Of a stretch of 64,000 nt of DNA, positions 44,173-54,272 are shown one piece after another. Under the pieces are notes generated by a model. That model worked only from the letters and a program-made list of their open reading frames with translations, was not told the DNA's origin and did not search any database. A program made the translations under genes and the position numbers. The stretch is from an uncultured bacterium (lineage in GTDB: Bacteria; Patescibacteriota; Patescibacteriia; Patescibacteriales; UBA12465). Position 1 is the first letter of the stretch; the number at the start of each line of letters is the position of its first letter. The stretch spans positions 1,048 through 65,047 of the forward strand of contig CALKWQ010000047.1 of the NCBI GenBank assembly GCA_938003925.1. The letters run 5' to 3'.

Positions 44173-44649
44173 TTAAACGCCTTCGTAAATCTTGATGCTA
44201 TCACCTTTCTTTAAAGTGACAATCGCCTTCTTCCAGTCTTTGCGTTGGCCCCGAATGCGCCCGCGAGTCACAACCTTTCCTTGCATGGAAATAATATTGA
44301 CACTAGCAGGCTTAACTCCGTAAACGGCATAAATAGCTTTCGCAACTTCAATTTTATTAGCAGCCATAGAGACCACAAAAGCATATTTATTCTGAACATT
44401 CAGTTCAGTCGCTTTTTCGGTAATCAATGGTTTAACTAACACACGGAAAGCACCATCATAGCGTGAGGTGTTGGCGGTTTTTTTAGCCCGGGTGGTTTTT
44501 TTCTCAGCGCCAGCCTCCGCATACAACTCCTGCATGCTGACTTCCGCCGCCGGAGACTCCTTAATCTCTTTAGCTGCAGTCTTAGCACCGTTTTTCTTCA
44601 CGGTCGCAGTTTTCTGTGCACTAGTTTGTTTTGCTCCAAATAAAGCCAT
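44173..44649 (-). CDS. rplW: 50S ribosomal protein L23 with an N-terminal extension (158 aa)
   Basis: LVKPLITEKAT...KYAFVV...KIEVAKAIYAVYGVKP. About 60 extra Ala/Lys-rich residues at the N-terminus. Confidence 0.9.
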   Translation of the reverse strand: MALFGAKQTSAQKTATVKKNGAKTAAKEIKESPAAEVSMQELYAEAGAEKKTTRAKKTANTSRYDGAFRVLVKPLITEKATELNVQNKYAFVVSMAANKIEVAKAIYAVYGVKPASVNIISMQGKVVTRGRIRGQRKDWKKAIVTLKKGDSIKIYEGV

Positions 44650-44681
44650 ATGGTTAATTCAAAAAATTCAAAATTGCAAAC

Positions 44682-45341
44682 TTATTCCTTATCCTTGCTG
44701 TACTTAGCAGCAAGAGATAGAACACCTTCTTCTGTCATTAGTACTTGGCGAGAGGTAAGAATATCAACAATGTTTATATTCTCAGGGTTAATAATATTAA
44801 CACCTTTGAGATTACGACCGGAATATCTAGCCTTTTCATCTTTCTCACCGTTTATAACTAGTAAGCTGCGGCGATCAGCCGGCAACACGCTTTTTTCGAA
44901 AGCTTTCAACATGGCATCAAATTGTTTAGTCTTAAACTCAGCCATTTTCAAAGTATCGATAATTAATAAACTAGACTGGGCAATTTTGTCGGACAAGGCC
45001 ATCATAATCGCTTTTTGGCGCATCTTTCGGTTCAATTTCTTGGAAAAATTACGATCTTTAGTCGGGCCGAAAGTAACACCGCCGCCAATCCATAATGGAG
45101 AACGGCTAGAGCCAACGCGAGCGCGACCAGTACCTTTCTGTTTCCAGGGTTTCTTGCCGCCACCACGAACTTCGCTGCGATCCTTAGTATGAGCTAAGAC
45201 CTGGCGCTCGTTAGCCTGTTGTGCTACTACCGCCTGATGTAAGAGGTCAGCGTTGGCTTTCAAACCGAAAACTTTAGCCGATAACTCCAAATCTTTAACT
45301 GGAGCAGCACTTTGATTATAAACTTTGACTTTGATGGACAT
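44682..45341 (-). CDS. rplD: 50S ribosomal protein L4
   Basis: EVRGGGKKPWKQKGTGRARVGSSRSPLWIGGG. Confidence 0.95.
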   Translation of the reverse strand: MSIKVKVYNQSAAPVKDLELSAKVFGLKANADLLHQAVVAQQANERQVLAHTKDRSEVRGGGKKPWKQKGTGRARVGSSRSPLWIGGGVTFGPTKDRNFSKKLNRKMRQKAIMMALSDKIAQSSLLIIDTLKMAEFKTKQFDAMLKAFEKSVLPADRRSLLVINGEKDEKARYSGRNLKGVNIINPENINIVDILTSRQVLMTEEGVLSLAAKYSKDKE

Positions 45342-45364
45342 ATATTTAAAACCGGACTTATTGA

Positions 45365-46153
45365 TTAAGCGGCCGGAGCCTCTTCTTTATTTTCTTCAGT
45401 GACGCTTGCCTCTACTTGTTCGGCGACTGCTGCTACTTCTTCTGGGACTGCCACCGCTTCCGCCGTAGTCTCAGTCACTGGTTCTTCTACGGAAGTCGTT
45501 TCAGCTGTGGTTGTCACCGGAGCTACGTTCATCAACAATTCACCTTGACCTTTAATTAACAACAAACCGCCGTTGGCACCAGGAACCGCGCCTTTGATAT
45601 ATAAAATATTTTTTTCTAAATCTACGGAAACAATTTCTAAATTCTGTACAGTCACTCTCTCATTGCCCATGCGTCCACCCATGCGCATACCCTTAAAAAT
45701 ATGAGCTGGACCTTTAGGACCAACGGAACCGGGCATGCGTAATTGGTCTTTATTACCATGGCTCTTGCGTCCACCCTGGAAACCATGACGCTTAACTACG
45801 CCCTGGAAACCACGGCCTTTAGAAGTGCCAGTAACAGCAATGATGTCGCCGGCAGCAAAGGTAGCGGCGCTAATTTCATCACCAACTTTAGCTTCAATAT
45901 CAGTCTCTAATCTAAATTCACGTACATGCATCGGAGAAACTCCTGCTTTCTTAAAATGACCGCGCTGAGGTTTCTTCAAGTTCTTTTCTTTGCGTACACC
46001 GAAAGCTAACTGAAGAGCGGAATATTTATCAGTGGTTTTAGTTTTAACCTGAGACACGACACAAGGACCAGCTAGAACCGGAGTAACGGCTAAAACTTTG
46101 TCATTGTCCCAAATCTGGGTCATCTGCATTTTCTTCGCTAAAATAAATTTCAT
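45365..46153 (-). CDS. rplC: 50S ribosomal protein L3 with an acidic C-terminal tail
   Basis: MKFILAKKMQMTQIW...GKGFQGVVKRHGFQGG. Start taken at the internal ATG at 46153. The track extension covers a hairpin. Confidence 0.9.
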   Translation of the reverse strand: MKFILAKKMQMTQIWDNDKVLAVTPVLAGPCVVSQVKTKTTDKYSALQLAFGVRKEKNLKKPQRGHFKKAGVSPMHVREFRLETDIEAKVGDEISAATFAAGDIIAVTGTSKGRGFQGVVKRHGFQGGRKSHGNKDQLRMPGSVGPKGPAHIFKGMRMGGRMGNERVTVQNLEIVSVDLEKNILYIKGAVPGANGGLLLIKGQGELLMNVAPVTTTAETTSVEEPVTETTAEAVAVPEEVAAVAEQVEASVTEENKEEAPAA

Positions 46154-46360
46154 ATTTTTAAAACAAAAAACTGGTAAATTTACCAGCCCTAAAAACAAAA
46201 TCTAAAATTGCGCATTCCTCCTTGCCTTCAATTTTCTTTTTGTTTTTTTGCTGTTTTCTCCCATTAAGCCACTCATTTATCAGCCCGCACTTTCTGCTAT
46301 AATTATAGGAGAGTTACGGGAAAACGCCTCAGTGGCACTTAATCAATATTTGATTGTATC

Positions 46361-46699
46361 TTACTGCATTTTTATCTCCACGTCAACCCCTGCTGGCAAA
46401 TTCAAATTTGTCAGATCTTCAATGGTCTTAGCACTCGGATCAGTGATATCAATAATGCGCTTATGAATACGCATTTCATACTGATCGCGAGCATCCTTAT
46501 GCACGAAAGTAGAACGGTTAACCGTGTACTTGCGTTTCTCGGTCGGCAACGGAATCGGACCGAAAAAACTAGCATCACTGCGTTCAATAGTATCAACGAT
46601 AGTCTTGGTGGACTGATCGATAATCTTGTGATCAAAAGCTTTGATCTTAATGCGGATTCTCTGTTTGTAATCCTTTTCCTCTTTCTTGGGTTCAGACAT
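46361..46699 (-). CDS. rpsJ: 30S ribosomal protein S10
   Basis: QRIRIKIKAFDHKIIDQS...HKDARDQYEMRIHKRIIDI. Confidence 0.95.
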   Translation of the reverse strand: MSEPKKEEKDYKQRIRIKIKAFDHKIIDQSTKTIVDTIERSDASFFGPIPLPTEKRKYTVNRSTFVHKDARDQYEMRIHKRIIDITDPSAKTIEDLTNLNLPAGVDVEIKMQ

Positions 46700-46788
46700 A
46701 GAAGAATGTACTTTTATTTTCTAAATTAATTGATAAATTAACACTACAAGCCTGCCCTACTATAGGCAGAGCAGGCTTAAGTGCTGAC

Positions 46789-47976
46789 TTATTTAGTAAT
46801 CTTGACTACAGCGCCGGCGCCGACAGTGCGGCCACCTTCGCGGATAGCAAAGCGTTGTTTTTCTTCCAAAGCTACCGGTGAGATTAACTTAACGGTAATG
46901 GTGACGGTATCGCCAGGCATAACCATTTCAGTACCAGCCGGTAATTCTACTTCACCAGTAACATCAGTCGTGCGGATGTAGAATTGGGGTTTATAACCCT
47001 TGAAGAAAGGCTTGTGACGGCCACCTTCTTCTTTGGATAAAACGTAAATCTGAGCTTCAAATTCGGTGTGAGGAGTAACGGAGCCCGGTTTGCATAAAAC
47101 CTGACCGCGTTCTACTTCATTCTTCTTAGTACCGCGGAGCAATAAACCGGCATTATCACCAGCTTCACCACGGTCTAGAGACTTGTTAAACATTTCTACG
47201 CCAGTGATGGTAGTCTTCTTGGTATCCATCAAACCAACGATTTCAACTTCTTCACCAACTTTGATAACACCGCGTTCAATGCGACCAGTAACTACGGTGC
47301 CGCGACCTTCAATAGAGAAGATGTCTTCTACCGGCATTAAGAAAGGTTGATCCATGTCGCGAGGAGGTAACGGAATGTATTCGTCTAATTGCTTCATTAA
47401 ATCCATCACCGGAGCGGCATCAGGACCAGTCGGGTTTTCCAAGGCCTTTAAAGCGCTACCGCGAATAATCGGAGTGGTATCGCCCGGGAATTCATATTTC
47501 TTTAATAAATCACGAATTTCCTCTTCTACGAGATCAATCAGCTCTTTATCTTCCACCATATCGCACTTGTTCAAGAAAACCACGATGTAAGGCACACCTA
47601 CTTGACGAGCCAACACAATGTGTTCGCGAGTCTGAGGCATGGGGCCATCAGTGGCGGAAACGACTAAAATCGCACCATCCATCTGAGCAGCACCAGTAAT
47701 CATGTTCTTCACATAATCAGCGTGGCCAGGACAATCAACGTGCGCATAGTGACGAGCAGCTGATTCATATTCAACGTGAGCGGTGGCGATAGTAATACCG
47801 CGTTCGCGCTCTTCCGGAGCGGCATCAATTTCATTCACACCTTTTTTAGAAGCGTTCATGCCATTAGCGCCGAACACCGCCAACATCGCGGCGGTCAAAG
47901 TAGTTTTGCCATGATCTACGTGGCCGATAGTGCCAACATTGACATGGGGTTTTGTGCGTTCAAATTTTTCTGCCAT
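46789..47976 (-). CDS. tuf: Elongation factor Tu
   Basis: [22 protein letters not shown], and full-length collinearity with EF-Tu. Confidence 0.98.
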   Translation of the reverse strand: MAEKFERTKPHVNVGTIGHVDHGKTTLTAAMLAVFGANGMNASKKGVNEIDAAPEERERGITIATAHVEYESAARHYAHVDCPGHADYVKNMITGAAQMDGAILVVSATDGPMPQTREHIVLARQVGVPYIVVFLNKCDMVEDKELIDLVEEEIRDLLKKYEFPGDTTPIIRGSALKALENPTGPDAAPVMDLMKQLDEYIPLPPRDMDQPFLMPVEDIFSIEGRGTVVTGRIERGVIKVGEEVEIVGLMDTKKTTITGVEMFNKSLDRGEAGDNAGLLLRGTKKNEVERGQVLCKPGSVTPHTEFEAQIYVLSKEEGGRHKPFFKGYKPQFYIRTTDVTGEVELPAGTEMVMPGDTVTITVKLISPVALEEKQRFAIREGGRTVGAGAVVKITK

Positions 47977-48061
47977 GTTTTTATGCTTACGGCCCCCTAA
48001 AGGGGTTTCTTTCCTGTATAGAGGAAACCAGCCGCGAAATTAATTAATATATTTTTTAAAT

Positions 48062-48388
48062 CTAAGCGTTGTTAGTGGCTTTGTCCTTAATCTGAGGAGG
48101 TATGTTCCAATTTTTACGAGTTTTGCTTTCTTCAGCTAAATATTCAGCCTGATCTTCATTTTTCCAGTCGGATATTTCGCGATTTATTTTATCAGCTAAA
48201 TCTTCTTCTGTCAAATTAGGCTGGAATACTGCTTCTTTTTTATCTAAATTTAGCGGATTAACCATTTGCTCGTAACGATCTAAATCAACTATAGCAAAGG
48301 AATCTTCTGGGGTCTCGGCATCAAAAAATATGATGGCGTCATTGGTTTTTCTAGCTAACTTTAAAGCTTTTTTCAATTGCTCGCGCAT
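48062..48388 (-). CDS. Hypothetical acidic protein, 108 aa, inserted between fusA and tuf (Phd/YefM-like N-terminus?)
   Basis: KALKLARKTNDAIIFFDAETPEDSFAIVDLDRYEQMV resembles the antitoxin-fold N-terminal pattern. The remainder is acidic and low complexity. Confidence 0.45.
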   Translation of the reverse strand: MREQLKKALKLARKTNDAIIFFDAETPEDSFAIVDLDRYEQMVNPLNLDKKEAVFQPNLTEEDLADKINREISDWKNEDQAEYLAEESKTRKNWNIPPQIKDKATNNA

Positions 48389-48418
48389 AATATTGGCGCT
48401 ACCCTCCCAAGTGGCGCA

Positions 48419-50500
48419 TTATTTGCCGGACTTTTCTTTAATCTGTTCCAAAACATTACGTGGTACTTCACTGTAGTGAGAAAACTCCATCACAGAATTA
48501 GCTCGACCCTGAGACATGGAGCGCAAAGCGGTGACATAACCAAACATTTCCGCCAACGGTACCTTAGCCTTAATAGCTTTAATCTTATTGGGTCTATCAA
48601 TCATTTCTTCAATCTGACCACGTTTAGAATTAAGGTCGCCAATGATGTTACCCATATAATCTTCCGGGGTAGTTACCTCAACCTTCATCACTGGTTCAAG
48701 CAAAATCGGTTTAGCCTTCTGACAAGCGTCCTTAAAGGCAAAGATGCCAGCCATCTTAAAGGCAATTTCCGAAGAATCAACTTCATGATAACTACCATAA
48801 TAGACAGCCACTTTGACATCCACCATCGGATAACCAGCGACTACACCAGACAACAGACCTTCTTTAACACCTTTCTCAATGGCCGGAATATATTCTCTCG
48901 GGATAACGCCACCCTTAACTTCATCCAAGAATTCGTAACCCTTCCCTTCGCCCGCTGGCTCCACGCGCAAACAGCAATGGCCATATTGACCACGACCGCC
49001 AGACTGCTTGATATATTTATGTTCAGCTTCAGCTGTTTGAGTAATGGTTTCGCGATAAGAAACTTGGGGCTTACCAACATTAGCTTCTACTCCGAATTCA
49101 CGTTTCATGCGATCAACAATAATATCCAAATGTAATTCACCCATACCAGAAATCAAAATCTGATTAGTCTCTTCATCTGTTTCTACTCGGAAAGTGGGAT
49201 CTTCTTCAGCTAAACGAGATAAAGCAACCCCCATCTTTTCTTGATCAACTTTAGTCTTCGGCTCTACCGCAATCTTGATAACCGGTTCTGGGAAGACGAT
49301 GGATTCTAACAAGACTGGAGCATTTTCATCACTTAAAGTATTGCCGGTAGTAGTATTTTTCAGACCAATCACGGCAGCAATATCACCAGCATAAATTTCC
49401 TTAATTTCTTCACGGTGATTAGCATGCATACGCACTAAACGACCGATGCGTTCTTTGTTACCGGTAGAGGCATTAACTATATAAGAGCCGGCTTGCAGCA
49501 CGCCTTGATAAACGCGGACGAAACAGAGCTTACCGACAAAAGGATCGGTAGCAATTTTAAAAGCTAAGCCAACAAAAGGAGAGTTATCATCGGCCTTAAT
49601 CGGGATCTTCTTCTCAGCATCATCTACGTCAGAAGCTTCAATCGGCTTAATGTCTAAAGGAGAAGGAAGATACTCATTAACTGCATCTAAGGCAAACTGA
49701 ACTCCAATATTTTGCAAAGCGGTGCCGCACAAAACTGGATAAATAGCATTATCAAGCACGCCCAAACGTATGGCTTTTTTTAAATCAGCCACACTGATTT
49801 CTTCGCCACTTAAAAATTTTTCCATGGTGGCCTCTTCGCACTCTACAGCTCGTTCCACTAATTCAGCGCGGAAAGTTTCAACCTTTTCTTTCATGTCTTC
49901 CGGAATCGGCACTTCAGTAATATTTTCGCCAAAGTTACCAGCGAAAGTATAAGCTTTTCTGTCTAATAAATCGATGACACCAGTCAGATGATCTTCTGCG
50001 CCAATCGGCAATTGAATAGCCACGGCCTTGGAATTTAAACGTTGTTTAATAGAGTTAAGACTCATGTAAAAATCGGCGCCCATCTTATCCATTTTATTAA
50101 CAAAACAGAGACGAGGCACCTGATATTTATCCGCTTGACGCCACACGGTTTCCGACTGCGGCTCTACTCCGGCCTGACCGTCAAAAACAGCGATAGCTCC
50201 GTCTAATACACGCAAAGAGCGCTCTACCTCTACAGTAAAGTCGACGTGCCCGGGAGTATCAATGATATTAATTTTATTGCCCTTCCAAAAACAAGTGGTT
50301 GCGGCAGAAGTAATGGTAATACCGCGCTCCTTCTCTTGTTCCATCCAATCCATTTCAGCAGCACCTTCATGCACTTCACCAATTTTATGCTTCTTACCGG
50401 TATAAAAGAGGACGCGCTCAGTAAAAGTAGTCTTGCCGGCATCGATGTGAGCCATGATGCCGATATTTCTGATTTTATCAAGAGAATAATCACGGGGCAT
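48419..50500 (-). CDS. fusA: Elongation factor G
   Basis: [21 protein letters not shown], and domains II-V collinear with EF-G. Confidence 0.98.
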   Translation of the reverse strand: MPRDYSLDKIRNIGIMAHIDAGKTTFTERVLFYTGKKHKIGEVHEGAAEMDWMEQEKERGITITSAATTCFWKGNKINIIDTPGHVDFTVEVERSLRVLDGAIAVFDGQAGVEPQSETVWRQADKYQVPRLCFVNKMDKMGADFYMSLNSIKQRLNSKAVAIQLPIGAEDHLTGVIDLLDRKAYTFAGNFGENITEVPIPEDMKEKVETFRAELVERAVECEEATMEKFLSGEEISVADLKKAIRLGVLDNAIYPVLCGTALQNIGVQFALDAVNEYLPSPLDIKPIEASDVDDAEKKIPIKADDNSPFVGLAFKIATDPFVGKLCFVRVYQGVLQAGSYIVNASTGNKERIGRLVRMHANHREEIKEIYAGDIAAVIGLKNTTTGNTLSDENAPVLLESIVFPEPVIKIAVEPKTKVDQEKMGVALSRLAEEDPTFRVETDEETNQILISGMGELHLDIIVDRMKREFGVEANVGKPQVSYRETITQTAEAEHKYIKQSGGRGQYGHCCLRVEPAGEGKGYEFLDEVKGGVIPREYIPAIEKGVKEGLLSGVVAGYPMVDVKVAVYYGSYHEVDSSEIAFKMAGIFAFKDACQKAKPILLEPVMKVEVTTPEDYMGNIIGDLNSKRGQIEEMIDRPNKIKAIKAKVPLAEMFGYVTALRSMSQGRANSVMEFSHYSEVPRNVLEQIKEKSGK

Positions 50501-50553
50501 AAGTATTTGTTGCTAATTATTTATGAAGATAATAAATGATGTTTTAACAGCTC

Positions 50554-51021
50554 TTAGCGAGAGAAATGAGCAAAAGCTTTATTAGCCTCAGCCATCTTAT
50601 GAACTGCTTCCCTCTTCTTAACCGCTGCGCCTTCACCATTAGAAGCATCCAGGATTTCGCCAGCTAATTTTTCAGCCATGGAGCGACCACGACGGGCATG
50701 TGCCGCGGTAATCATCCAGTGACAACCAAGATAAAAACGACGTTCGCCGCGCACTTGAAAAGGCACCTGATAATTGGCACCACCCACGCGCTTACCTCGG
50801 ACTTCCACCAAAGGAGAAACCTTCTTCATCGCCTTATTAAACACATGACGCGGGTCCTGCTTAGTCTTGTCTTTGATCAAATTAAAAGAACCGTAAACGA
50901 TTCTCTCGGCTACGCTTTTCTTGCCATCCTGCATCACGTAGTTGATCAGTTTGGTAATATTTTTATCATTGTATTTGCTGTCCCCGGCAATATCTCTTTT
51001 AGGGGCTTGTTTTCCTCTCAT
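50554..51021 (-). CDS. rpsG: 30S ribosomal protein S7
   Basis: LINYVMQDGKKSVAERIVY...EVRGKRVGGANYQVP. Confidence 0.95.
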   Translation of the reverse strand: MRGKQAPKRDIAGDSKYNDKNITKLINYVMQDGKKSVAERIVYGSFNLIKDKTKQDPRHVFNKAMKKVSPLVEVRGKRVGGANYQVPFQVRGERRFYLGCHWMITAAHARRGRSMAEKLAGEILDASNGEGAAVKKREAVHKMAEANKAFAHFSR

Positions 51022-51114
51022 AATTGCTTGAAAGGGCGCATCAACAGCTATTACTAATGCGCACCTGATTATATGAAGGAGTGACCGTTAACAGCCGCTC
51101 CGAAATAAACAAAA

Positions 51115-51540
51115 TTATTTAGCCGCTTTCGGACGCTTAGCACCATAGCAGCTACGCCCTTGACGACGAGCTTCTACACCGGAAGCGTCATAGACTCCGC
51201 GCACCACTTTATAGCGCACACCCGGAAGATCTTTAGTCTTACCACCCTTGACCAACACGATGGAGTGTTCTTGAAGATTATGCCCCATGCCCGGGATATA
51301 AGCAGTCACTTCCATACCGTTAGACAAGCGAACGCGAGCAATTTTACGTAAAGCGGAGTTAGGTTTTTTTGGCGTCGTAGTTGTCACCTTCACACACACA
51401 CCCTGCTTAAAAGGAGCGCCCTTAGCGTTCACATTCTTCTTACGATGAAGAGAATCTAAACTAGTGTGAAGCGCCAAAAATGACTGGCGACTTTTCTTGG
51501 ATTTTCTGCCCTTGCGGACCAATTGATTGATTGTCGGCAT
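51115..51540 (-). CDS. rpsL: 30S ribosomal protein S12
   Basis: [12 protein letters not shown]...[10 protein letters not shown]...VRGVYD. Confidence 0.95.
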   Translation of the reverse strand: MPTINQLVRKGRKSKKSRQSFLALHTSLDSLHRKKNVNAKGAPFKQGVCVKVTTTTPKKPNSALRKIARVRLSNGMEVTAYIPGMGHNLQEHSIVLVKGGKTKDLPGVRYKVVRGVYDASGVEARRQGRSCYGAKRPKAAK

Positions 51541-51781
51541 AATGCTTCAGCGGTTTTAAAACCTCAGGATAATGTTTATAAATATAAGGGCAAAAAGCCC
51601 AGAAAAAGAAGGGACGGTCCTATCCTTGACCGCTCTCTTTTGCTTAAATTAATTTCTTGTGATAACAAAATATCCTGACTCATCAGGATAGAGTTATTAC
51701 CCGCTTACTTTATCAAAATCAAAAAAATAAGTCAAGATAAGCGAATAATTACTACTTCCAATCTCTAGACCGGACTGGCTG

Positions 51782-52381
51782 TTAAGCTCCCACGATGACC
51801 CTAAACAGAAAATCAAGCACTGGCAATAAGTAAGAAAAACCTAACCAGGCAAATAAAATCACCAAAATGAAACCAAAACGCTCCAAACTGAGATATTTCA
51901 CACGCCAGGCGGGAGTTAAAAATGGTGCTAAAATTTTAGAACCGTCTAAGGGTGGAATGGGTAATAAATTGAACAGCATCAACACCAAATTAATATACAC
52001 GATTAGGGCAATCAAACCAGAGAAAGTAAGACTAATAAAAGGCAAGAATCTCAACATCAAACCAAAAACCAGGGCCACCAACAAGTTGGCCGCCGGACCG
52101 GCGAGAGCAACTTTAGCGTCACTATAACGTCCGCCTCTTAAATTATAGGGGTTATATGGCACCGGTTTTGCCCAACCGAATACAAACGGCATACCAGCTA
52201 ATAACATCATCCCTGGCAAGAGCAAAGAACCGAACCACTCTAGGTGGGCAATGGGGTTAAGCGTTAGGCGGCCAGCGTGCCTAGCGGTGGGGTCGCCCAA
52301 ACGATCAGCCATCCAGCCATGCATATATTCATGAATTATGGCCGAAAAAATCAATACAATCACTTGAAACAAAACTAGCAT
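51782..52381 (-). CDS. Site-2 protease (peptidase M50) family membrane protein, 199 aa
   Basis: HEYMHG (HExxH) in the first TM helix, a second ligand region NLLPIPPLDG, and 5-6 hydrophobic helices. Confidence 0.8.
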   Translation of the reverse strand: MLVLFQVIVLIFSAIIHEYMHGWMADRLGDPTARHAGRLTLNPIAHLEWFGSLLLPGMMLLAGMPFVFGWAKPVPYNPYNLRGGRYSDAKVALAGPAANLLVALVFGLMLRFLPFISLTFSGLIALIVYINLVLMLFNLLPIPPLDGSKILAPFLTPAWRVKYLSLERFGFILVILFAWLGFSYLLPVLDFLFRVIVGA

Positions 52382-52547
52382 AAAAATTAAGAATAAAGCT
52401 TAATCATTAATAATCTTGATTATATTTTAGCATAACTTGATTAATTTTAAAAATATGCTAATATTTAAGCATCAAAATTTTAAACATAGCGGCCGCCGAA
52501 AAAGCCCGTTTTTTGGTGCATTCCTCTCGGCCGTTTAACCAATGTAT

Positions 52548-52727
52548 ATGGCTAAAAGATGTGACTTATGCAAGCGAGGTGCCACCAAAGGCGCTAGCCG
52601 CTCCCATTCTAAAATCCAAACCCTCAAGCGCCAGAATATCAACCTGCAGACTAAAAATGTTGGTGATTTGAAATTGAAGATTTGCACCAGCTGCATGCGC
52701 ACCATGGCCAAACACGACAAAGCATAA
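52548..52727 (+). CDS. rpmB: 50S ribosomal protein L28
   Basis: MAKRCDLCKRGATKGASRSHS...LKICTSCMR. It is the only plus-strand core gene. A candidate promoter TTGATT-16-TAATAT lies ~90 nt upstream. Confidence 0.85.
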   Translation: MAKRCDLCKRGATKGASRSHSKIQTLKRQNINLQTKNVGDLKLKICTSCMRTMAKHDKA

Positions 52728-52734
52728 ACTCTGG

Positions 52735-54234
52735 CTACTGCTTCGTTATTCTAAAAAGCCCCTCTCGGGGCTTTTTAGTTAAACGCCAATAAGCTAAAAC
52801 TAATAATATCAACCCGAAATAATATCCAGCTGCTTGAATACTGGTAAAATCGGGGGTCTCTAGATAAGACCACGACCAGTTGGCGCTCATACGACCTAGT
52901 CGTAGTAAATATTCTAACAGAATATAACTAGGTGACCACAGTATTAACGGAACTCCTGGCCAGATAGCGGTAATAATCAGCGCTAGTAGCAAAAATAATA
53001 CCAAGGGGGCAAAAACAGCGAAAGCTAATACGTTAGTAAAAGGGGCAATCAAAGAAAAGCCACCCATCTTCAGAGCTAAAAGCGGCCAAACTGCTAATTG
53101 AGCCGCCAGTGACAGATTAAAGGCCTGTGCCACTGGACGTAAGTAATTATATCGAAACCTACTTGAGCAGAGTTCTAGACCGGCACTTAAAATAGGATTA
53201 AGAGCGATCATCCCTGCCAGCGCTAAAAAGGACAATTGAAAGCCTAAATCTCTTTGCCACAACAAAGGGTTTTGCCATAACATCAACGCTGCCGCCCAGG
53301 CTAAAGGCAACCAAGCATTAGCCAGTCTCCCTCTTCTCCAAGCATACAAAGCGATACCGCCCATTAATAAAGAGCGCCAGGCCGAAGCTTGAAATCCAGT
53401 CAAAGCAACGTAGAGCACCACGAGCATTAAAGCTGGCCAAATAGCGTGTTTTCTATTAAGGCCACCATAGATAAACAAACTGATTAACAATTCTAAAAAC
53501 AAACTAATATGTCCACCGGAAATGGCAACTAAATGACTAAGACCGGCTATCTGTAATTTTTTTTCTTCAGCAGGAAATAAAGTCTTTTTATAACCCAGCA
53601 ACAAGGCTGTAGCCAGGCCGGCCGCCGGCTCCGGCAAAGCTAGGTTCAGGGTTTGCCGTGCACGATATTTAACAAGAAATAAACGCTGCCACCAAACCTT
53701 ATTCCCCCTACTTGGCTCAACTCTTAACACCGTTGGCCAAGAGCAAATAGCACCAATACCTTTAGCTGCTAAATAAGCGGCATAGTTAAAGTCGGCAAAT
53801 ACCGGCGGCGCCTCTAAACGACATTTTAGTTGTAAATAATCACCGTAGTAGACACGAGGATAAAGTGGTAAATTAGCGATCACTTTTTCCTTGGTCGCCT
53901 TGGACAAGACTGGTGACAGCGGACATAATACCACCACTTGTTTATCCCAGGCGGGCTCAGGGTCAGCACAAATTTGAAATTCCCATTCAGCTGTTTGGCC
54001 AAAATAGAGTTGTAAATGTTCATTAGCTGGCGCTATGGTTTGTGCTCGCCACATACCCAAACTCAAACAAGCTAACAGTAAGAAAAATTGACGCCAATAA
54101 ATATAACGCTTAAGCAGCCTACTGGCTAACCAAAATCCGCCAGGCCACCAAACCGCAATAGGCAGCTGATAAAGACCGGCTAATAACAGGCCCAGAAAAA
54201 AAGCGCCTAAACGCCAAAAAAGAGATGCTAGCAT
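52735..54234 (-). CDS. comEC: ComEC/Rec2-family DNA-uptake channel protein, short form (499 aa)
   Basis: Polytopic membrane protein with the competence-domain pattern (...AGLSHLVAISGGHISL...). No C-terminal metallo-beta-lactamase-like segment is visible. Confidence 0.75.
   Translation of the reverse strand: MLASLFWRLGAFFLGLLLAGLYQLPIAVWWPGGFWLASRLLKRYIYWRQFFLLLACLSLGMWRAQTIAPANEHLQLYFGQTAEWEFQICADPEPAWDKQVVVLCPLSPVLSKATKEKVIANLPLYPRVYYGDYLQLKCRLEAPPVFADFNYAAYLAAKGIGAICSWPTVLRVEPSRGNKVWWQRLFLVKYRARQTLNLALPEPAAGLATALLLGYKKTLFPAEEKKLQIAGLSHLVAISGGHISLFLELLISLFIYGGLNRKHAIWPALMLVVLYVALTGFQASAWRSLLMGGIALYAWRRGRLANAWLPLAWAAALMLWQNPLLWQRDLGFQLSFLALAGMIALNPILSAGLELCSSRFRYNYLRPVAQAFNLSLAAQLAVWPLLALKMGGFSLIAPFTNVLAFAVFAPLVLFLLLALIITAIWPGVPLILWSPSYILLEYLLRLGRMSANWSWSYLETPDFTSIQAAGYYFGLILLVLAYWRLTKKPREGLFRITKQ
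52753..52776 (+). terminator. Terminator of rpmB, embedded in the 3' end of the convergent comEC ORF
   Basis: AAAAAGCCCC-tctc-GGGGCTTTTT, a perfect bidirectional hairpin. Confidence 0.75.
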
Positions 54235-54272
54235 CTCTTTATTATAAACATGAAGCTTAAATTCTAGTTAAC

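Noticed and set aside
37064-50539. Long plus-strand ORFs in the track (e.g. 37064..37825, 44650..45192, 48377..49135, 50698..51057) antisense to ribosomal protein and EF genes
   Set aside because: These are shadow ORFs on the opposite strand of unambiguous, highly conserved genes. Their products are low-complexity, Ser/Leu/Arg-rich and have no motifs. The same applies to antisense ORFs inside the island genes (e.g. 568..1035, 8787..9158, 9176..9730, 13605..13934).
51541-51781. A possible ncRNA in the 240-nt region upstream of rpsL
   Set aside because: It contains a plausible promoter (TTGACT-18-TAAAGT, 51735-51707) and hairpins (ATCCTGA-tgag-TCAGGAT; GGGC-ttttt-GCCC). These are consistent with an ordinary str-operon leader, and nothing distinguishes it as a separate gene.
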